Part shown: piece after piece, positions 1-4,216 of the stretch | How the letters are laid out: each line of letters opens with the position of its first letter | Position numbering within the stretch: the stretch's first letter is position 1 | From: Bdellovibrionota bacterium | GTDB lineage: Bacteria > Bdellovibrionota_C > UBA2361 > OMII01 | Length of the DNA: 16,992 nt | Direction of reading: 5' to 3' | Assembly (NCBI GenBank): GCA_044356215.1 | Contig: JBIKWQ010000073.1 | Location: 1-16,992 of the forward strand | Translations under genes and position numbers: made by a program | The notes under the pieces: model-generated | What the model saw: the letters and a program-made list of their open reading frames with translations, nothing else | What the model was told of the DNA's origin: nothing | The model's database searches: none

Positions 1-630
1 GTGGCTAACGGCACACCACTCAAGTCTGGTGCGGATTACATCAATCCATTCGGAGAACGCTATCAGGTCCGGGCCCTTATGTTTTATATTTCAAGGATCC
101 GTCTATCTAATTCAGTAGACACAAACACTGCGCACGATGAGGAATATCATCTCATAGACTATTCTAACGATGCGTCTCATACCTTCTCGGTTAAGGCTCC
201 AAAAGGGACCTATGACACGGTTGAATTCATGCTAGGTGTGGACTCATTTCACAATACGAGTGGTGCCCAGACTGGAGCGCTCGATCCGTTACATGGCATG
301 TTTTGGACATGGAACTCGGGGTACATCTTCGCCAAATTTGAGGGGGTGTGGGCTCGTTCATCGGGGCCCGATACTCCCTTCGCTCATCACGTCGGAGGAT
401 TCCGTCCCGGCGAAGATGCGCAACGTTTGGTTTTACTCACGTTGCCACCGCACCGAATTATCGAAGTCAAGGATCAGCACAGCACTCGGATAGAAATAAC
501 AGTTGAGGTCTCTCGTTGGTTTAGTGGCAAGCACGCTCTATCTCTCGCAGAGTACCCTACCGTGATGACACCAGGAGCTAAATCTATGCTTGTTGCGGAT
601 AACGTATCCACCATCTTCAGCATTCAATGA
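1..630 (+). CDS. mbnP: MbnP family (copper-binding, WxW motif) protein; probably 5'-truncated by the window edge
   Basis: Family-typical blocks F.LGVDS..N.SGAQTGALDP..GMFWTWNSGYIF.K.EG and HHVGGF. WTW is at nt 304-312. No signal peptide is visible, so the true start is probably upstream. The stop overlaps the next gene's start (ATGA 627-630). Confidence 0.85.
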   Translation: MANGTPLKSGADYINPFGERYQVRALMFYISRIRLSNSVDTNTAHDEEYHLIDYSNDASHTFSVKAPKGTYDTVEFMLGVDSFHNTSGAQTGALDPLHGMFWTWNSGYIFAKFEGVWARSSGPDTPFAHHVGGFRPGEDAQRLVLLTLPPHRIIEVKDQHSTRIEITVEVSRWFSGKHALSLAEYPTVMTPGAKSMLVADNVSTIFSIQ

Positions 631-1847
631 AAGACTTTCCTCGAACGACACAAATGTACCTTAAAAGGATCCTTCATGTGTTATCCAAAAAGCCTCCCCC
701 TCTATTAAGGGGTCTGAGAACAAATTCACGCCTGCCACGTTGCTTAATCGTTATTGCAAGCTTAGGCGTTCTCTTTGCAATGACGGCCGAGCCGCTTCGT
801 TCGGCTAACCGAAGCACACTTCCCGCTGGCGCCTCACCTCTTCAGTGGGAGCCTCCCCCAGGTTTTCCAACCCCTGTTTACTCGTTTGCCTCTAATCCGC
901 TTTCAAAGGAGGGATTCGAGTTTGGGAGACGTCTTTTTTATGAGGGACGGCTCTCCAAAGATGGAAAATTTCCGTGCTCGTCATGCCATCAGCAGTTTGC
1001 GGCCTTCGCAACGTATGCCCACGATCTAAGTCATGGATTCAATGATCAATTTACAATGCGCAACACCCCGGGACTGGCTAATCTCGTTTGGTCACCCTCC
1101 TTTCATTGGGACGGCGGAATAAATCATCTTGAGGTTCAGCCATTAGCGCCACTGACGGCACCTAACGAAATGGCTGAGAGCCTGGAGAATGTGCTCTTTA
1201 AACTCAATCAAGACCCCGAATACCAAAGAATGAATGCCGCAGCGTTCGGTACTCCCGAGATCACCTCTCAGAGTATGCTGAAGGCGTTGGCTCAATTCAT
1301 GGGCATGATGGTTTCAGCCAACAGTCGATACGACCAAATGAAGCGTGGGGATATTGATTTTACCCCGGAAGAGCAGCACGGATACGAGATCTTTAGGGAC
1401 AGATGCGCGACTTGCCATCCAGAGCCGCTCTTCACGGATCACTCATTCCGCTACACCGGGATGGGGGTTACCTCCCGTGATAGCGACCTTGGACGTCAGC
1501 GCATTACAAACGACCGAAGCGATACGTACAAGTTTAAGGTCCCGTCGCTCCGGAATGTGGAATTAACCGGTCCCTACGCTCACAACGGACGATTTCAAAC
1601 TCTATCATCGGTTCTTGATCACTATCGGTTCAGAATCGGTAACGATCCGCTCGCTGATCGGGTCCTTACAGGAGGGATACCACTTGAGGAGGCGCAGAAG
1701 AGAGATATCATCACCTTTCTACGAGCCCTCACCGATAGGGATTTTGTGACTAACGAGAATTTTCGAGATCCCGCCTACAGCACAAGATGCAGGTCCGCTC
1801 CTTCAGGGTGTAATTCAGAACCCCACAGATTGGGGTTACACCGATAG
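627..1847 (+). CDS. Di-heme cytochrome c peroxidase/MauG superfamily protein, MbnH-like partner of MbnP
   Basis: Two CxxCH motifs (CSSCH 975-989, CATCH 1404-1418), plus GRRLFY..RLS, RNTPGL.N, FHWDG, P..APNEM and FKVPSLRNV..TGPY.HNG. Hydrophobic N-terminal segment LIVIASLGVLFAMTA. Translationally coupled to mbnP. Confidence 0.9.
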   Translation: MKDFPRTTQMYLKRILHVLSKKPPPLLRGLRTNSRLPRCLIVIASLGVLFAMTAEPLRSANRSTLPAGASPLQWEPPPGFPTPVYSFASNPLSKEGFEFGRRLFYEGRLSKDGKFPCSSCHQQFAAFATYAHDLSHGFNDQFTMRNTPGLANLVWSPSFHWDGGINHLEVQPLAPLTAPNEMAESLENVLFKLNQDPEYQRMNAAAFGTPEITSQSMLKALAQFMGMMVSANSRYDQMKRGDIDFTPEEQHGYEIFRDRCATCHPEPLFTDHSFRYTGMGVTSRDSDLGRQRITNDRSDTYKFKVPSLRNVELTGPYAHNGRFQTLSSVLDHYRFRIGNDPLADRVLTGGIPLEEAQKRDIITFLRALTDRDFVTNENFRDPAYSTRCRSAPSGCNSEPHRLGLHR

Positions 1848-1894
1848 ATGAAATCCGGTAGGCCCCCTGCGACACTACGTCGCAGTGACTCTAG

Positions 1895-1915
1895 GTGTGT
1901 CTTCTGACACACTTT
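1895..1915 (+). terminator. Possible weak intrinsic terminator/hairpin after the peroxidase gene
   Basis: GTGTGTC-TTCT-GACACAC 7-bp stem followed by only a short TTT. A second hairpin, CTGCGAC-ACTAC-GTCGCAG, lies at 1867-1885. Confidence 0.3.
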
Positions 1916-1941
1916 CGTCAACTTTCAAGACCAGGGCATGT

Positions 1942-2250
1942 ATGTTAACGAAATCAAGCGCTCCTTCTCTCAGTATCTCTTTTGTCTCCCTTAGCCTGCT
2001 CGTTGCACCAGGTTGTTCGAGAGACGAGCAAGCCGACAAATCCACCCCCAAACTACAGGTGGAACTGTTATGTAGCGGTAGTGGTTGCTCTGCATTCGTT
2101 AAAGGGGGAACGCCAAGCATCCTGCAGGATCCGTTGGCCCTCCAAGACGTACGGAGGCAAATCCCTGCATTGAGGCGTGTGCCGGACGAACATCTAACGG
2201 CTCGTGAGGTTGACGGCGGTATCATCATTTCCATAAAGGCCCATAAATAA
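1942..2250 (+). CDS. Hypothetical exported protein, putative lipoprotein
   Basis: From ATG 1942: MLTKSSAPSLSISFVSLSLLVAPG-C (hydrophobic stretch plus lipobox-like Cys), then a CSGSGC pair. Same strand as the mbnP/H genes. No family recognised. Confidence 0.5.
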   Translation: MLTKSSAPSLSISFVSLSLLVAPGCSRDEQADKSTPKLQVELLCSGSGCSAFVKGGTPSILQDPLALQDVRRQIPALRRVPDEHLTAREVDGGIIISIKAHK

Positions 2251-2489
2251 TGAATAATGCTCTTTTGAGCTCGACCATTCTGTCATCCTCTTCCTAGCCC
2301 CTGCTTCACCTGGCAGAAGATGACCCGAGAAGAAACTGTCCGAATTGGGAGCAGGCTGCTACCAAATGAAGCATTCATGCTGCCGCTATCTACCAACTCC
2401 CGGCTTCTATGCCGCTCTAGTCCCCCCTATGTCACCTAGACCGTGGTTCGCTGCTGAGGCCCCTCGCATCAGCGTGTAGGACCGGACGC

Positions 2490-2519
2490 TTGCTTTCGCA
2501 ACTAAGTTGCATATAGAAT
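2490..2519 (+). promoter_or_regulatory. Predicted sigma70 promoter TTGCTT-N18-TAGAAT with a palindromic operator (TCGCAAC-TAA-GTTGCAT, 2496-2512) filling the spacer
   Basis: -35 at 2490-2495 and -10 at 2514-2519. The palindrome matches 13/15 core positions of a second copy at 3531-3547 and resembles the ATGCAAC-N3-GTTGCAT Zur motif I recall for Desulfovibrio-type deltaproteobacteria. Confidence 0.7.
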
Positions 2520-2538
2520 GCTGCCCGGTGTCCTTGTT

Positions 2539-2952
2539 ATGAAATGCCAAATTATCCCATTAGCCGGCTCTCCCCAGGTAGCGCCTCTAGAAGCTGATCG
2601 CATCGAGCCCCTCCTCGGAGCAGAATCCAGTGCCCTGCTAGACACGGGGCTTCTGAGGCAACTTGTTGCATCAATGAGCTCACCTCTCAACGTTCTTTTC
2701 CCCGAACGCGTTTCCGAAAATGTAAAACCATTTCATGAAACGTTCGAACACTATGGCATAGACGGCAGAGTTTTTCTTACAACCAAGCCTAACCGCTCCT
2801 TTTCCATTGTTCGAGAAATCGCGTGTTCTCCGACTATCGGGGTGGACGTGTCATCCGAAGGATCCCTCGCTGCGGCTCTCTCAGCGGGGGTCCCTGCTTC
2901 GCGAATTGAGGCGACCGGCCCCAAAGATCAGGGGTACCTATCCCTCGCCCAA
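2539..2952 (+). pseudogene. N-terminal fragment of a Y4yA-family / diaminopimelate-decarboxylase-like fold-III PLP enzyme; the frame runs on to a stop at 3078 through unrelated antisense sequence
   Basis: SPLNVLFP, F.T.KPN (PLP Lys at 2785), GVDVSS.G.L..AL.AG...RIEATGPK...YL.LA. Similarity ends after ~135 aa, whereas such enzymes are typically >400 aa. ATG 2539 is preferred because ATG 2518 overlaps the -10 box. Confidence 0.75.
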
Positions 2953-3239
2953 TCGACGAGCTTCTGGTACACGAGCCGGCCTGAAATATTGCCGAACCAA
3001 CGAGATCCTGACGAATCCAAGATCGCCACGACATTCGTGCAATCACACGGCCCTAGACAACCTGAGATCGTGAGCTGAACATCGGTGTTGAGCCTAAGGC
3101 GTTTCCATTCACTTTTCAGAAAATCGACGGGGACCTCGGGCTTACCGCGGTCCTCTCTTCCACAACAACACCCGAGACAAACAGCCACCTGCGCAAGAAC
3201 CTCTCGCTTGGTATGAACGGCAGAAGAGTCAGTGTCCAC
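2928..3239 (-). CDS. Thioredoxin-like (2Fe-2S) ferredoxin domain protein (CxGCCCG...GCLGPC), probably C-terminally truncated
   Basis: VAVCLGCCCG...VPVDFLKSEW...VQLTISGCLGPCD..NVV.I....WFGNI. GTG start at 3239 is preceded by GGAGG and overlaps the end of the upstream gene. Ends abruptly at LVDWARDRYP inside the decarboxylase fragment. Confidence 0.75.
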   Translation of the reverse strand: MDTDSSAVHTKREVLAQVAVCLGCCCGREDRGKPEVPVDFLKSEWKRLRLNTDVQLTISGCLGPCDCTNVVAILDSSGSRWFGNISGRLVYQKLVDWARDRYP

Positions 3240-3498
3240 AGCCCCCTCCACAACATCCCCCTCTAAGCCGATTTGGAGATTTTTGAACAACCTTCCCCTT
3301 TGACAGGTCTTCAAGGTTCCCGTTGACAAAAACCCTTCCGGTTATTTGACGAATCACGGCACCGTCACTCTGGAGACCCTCAAGCTCTCGGCCAATGAGC
3401 TGGGCCAGCTCTCCCCAGGTCGAAATTTCCGTAGAACTACTGTGCATAACCTCTACCACTTCGCCAGTCTCACAAATTTTGTAGTCATACAGGGGCAT
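3229..3498 (-). CDS. FmdB-like zinc-ribbon regulatory family small protein with a GGCCGGGCGH tail
   Basis: MPLYDY....GEVVEV.H......TWGEL pattern, a Gly/Cys-rich C-terminus, and a GAGG RBS 8 nt upstream of the ATG. Confidence 0.8.
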   Translation of the reverse strand: MPLYDYKICETGEVVEVMHSSSTEISTWGELAQLIGRELEGLQSDGAVIRQITGRVFVNGNLEDLSKGKVVQKSPNRLRGGCCGGGCGH

Positions 3499-3518
3499 AG
3501 GACTTACCTCGTGGCACG

Positions 3519-3547
3519 AGGCTATCCCATACGCAACTGGGTTGCAA
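3519..3547 (-). promoter_or_regulatory. Predicted sigma70 promoter TTGCAA-N17-TAGCCT overlapped by a palindromic operator (ACGCAAC-TGG-GTTGCAA, 3531-3547)
   Basis: On the minus strand, -35 = 3547-3542 and -10 = 3524-3519. The operator is a second copy of the 2496-2512 palindrome and covers the -35 box. Confidence 0.7.
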
Positions 3548-3642
3548 GTAGGATACTGACCTGTTGTGCTAACCTCCGCACAGGAACGCCCAACAAAAAA
3601 TGCGCGCAGTGGTCAGTGAGGACCGACTTCGTCTATAGTGAT

Positions 3643-4050
3643 GTGCAAAAGTCCGTGCCAGTAAAACTGGCAAGGCTTTTGTCATACATCACTATAGGTT
3701 GTTGTTTTGATTCGCATCCGCGAATCGATAGCGTTCTCCAAAGGTCGGGATTTCGCTACGGACTTTTGGAGAACGCTATAGACGTCCTAGTTTATAACAG
3801 GATGGCTAGCCTAGAACTTGGAAGATACTTTGATGAGTGGCATATGTATTCCCCATCTGAAGTTAGCTACAAGGAGAATATTCACTCTCCTATCGAGCAG
3901 ACCATCAATGACATCAGCCACCAGATATTGAAAGGGATTCGGCTTCGGGATGAAGATGACTTTCTTAGAGAGGTCGCCGTAAAATCCCGCGGCCTAATAT
4001 CAGAGCTCGGTTTTGACCAGCGAACCAGCGGCTCACTCGCTCACTTCTAG
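3643..4050 (+). CDS. Hypothetical protein (start uncertain; GTG 3643 chosen)
   Basis: Open frame 3346-4050. Its 5' part overlaps the zinc-ribbon gene and its promoter, so a later start is likely. The C-terminal ~135 aa have a protein-like composition. No family recognised. Confidence 0.5.
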   Translation: MQKSVPVKLARLLSYITIGCCFDSHPRIDSVLQRSGFRYGLLENAIDVLVYNRMASLELGRYFDEWHMYSPSEVSYKENIHSPIEQTINDISHQILKGIRLRDEDDFLREVAVKSRGLISELGFDQRTSGSLAHF

Positions 4051-4076
4051 ATTTTTCCACCTCTACGCCGTTTCTC

Positions 4077-4105
4077 TTGCAACTTAATCCGCGCATTCGT
4101 AATCT
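4077..4105 (+). promoter_or_regulatory. Predicted sigma70 promoter for tRNA-Pro/thrABC: TTGCAA-N17-TAATCT
   Basis: -35 at 4077-4082 and -10 at 4100-4105, ~25 nt upstream of the tRNA 5' end. Confidence 0.55.
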
Positions 4106-4129
4106 AATGGTCTAAGTGAATCACCATTT

Positions 4130-4204
4130 CGGGGTGTAGCTCAGCCCGGCTAGAGCGCACGGTTCGGGACCGTGAGGTCGAAGGTTCAAATCCTTTCACC
4201 CCGA
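4130..4204 (+). tRNA. tRNA-Pro (anticodon CGG), CCA not encoded
   Basis: Acceptor stem CGGGGTG/CACCCCG + A73, D stem GCTC/GAGC, anticodon arm CACGG-TTCGGGA-CCGTG, T arm GAAGG-TTCAAAT-CCTTT. C1-G72 and A73 are typical of bacterial tRNA-Pro. Confidence 0.97.
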
Positions 4205-4216
4205 TACCTTTAGAAC

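Noticed and set aside
2366..2479. 37-aa ORF MKHSCCRYLPTPGFYAALVPPMSPRPWFAAEAPRISV as a methanobactin-like precursor
   Set aside because: The Cys residues are N-terminal rather than in a C-terminal core. There is no MbnA-like leader, no clear RBS and no mbnBC nearby.
2658..2669. GCAAC-TT-GTTGC, a third operator-like palindrome
   Set aside because: Spacing is N2, not N3, and it lies inside coding sequence. It may be auxiliary but cannot be supported.
3240..3329. Longer N-terminus of the ferredoxin ORF
   Set aside because: It overlaps the zinc-ribbon gene in another frame, and GTG 3239 has a good RBS.
3346..3642. N-terminal extension of the 234-aa ORF
   Set aside because: It overlaps the well-supported antisense zinc-ribbon gene and its promoter/operator.
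4077..4093. TTGCAAC at the tRNA promoter as another operator
   Set aside because: Only a half-site; the right arm (ATCCG) does not match.
1..4204. tRNA-anchored genomic island containing the metal genes
   Set aside because: The accessory genes lie 5' of the tRNA. I saw no integrase and no duplicated tRNA 3' end.
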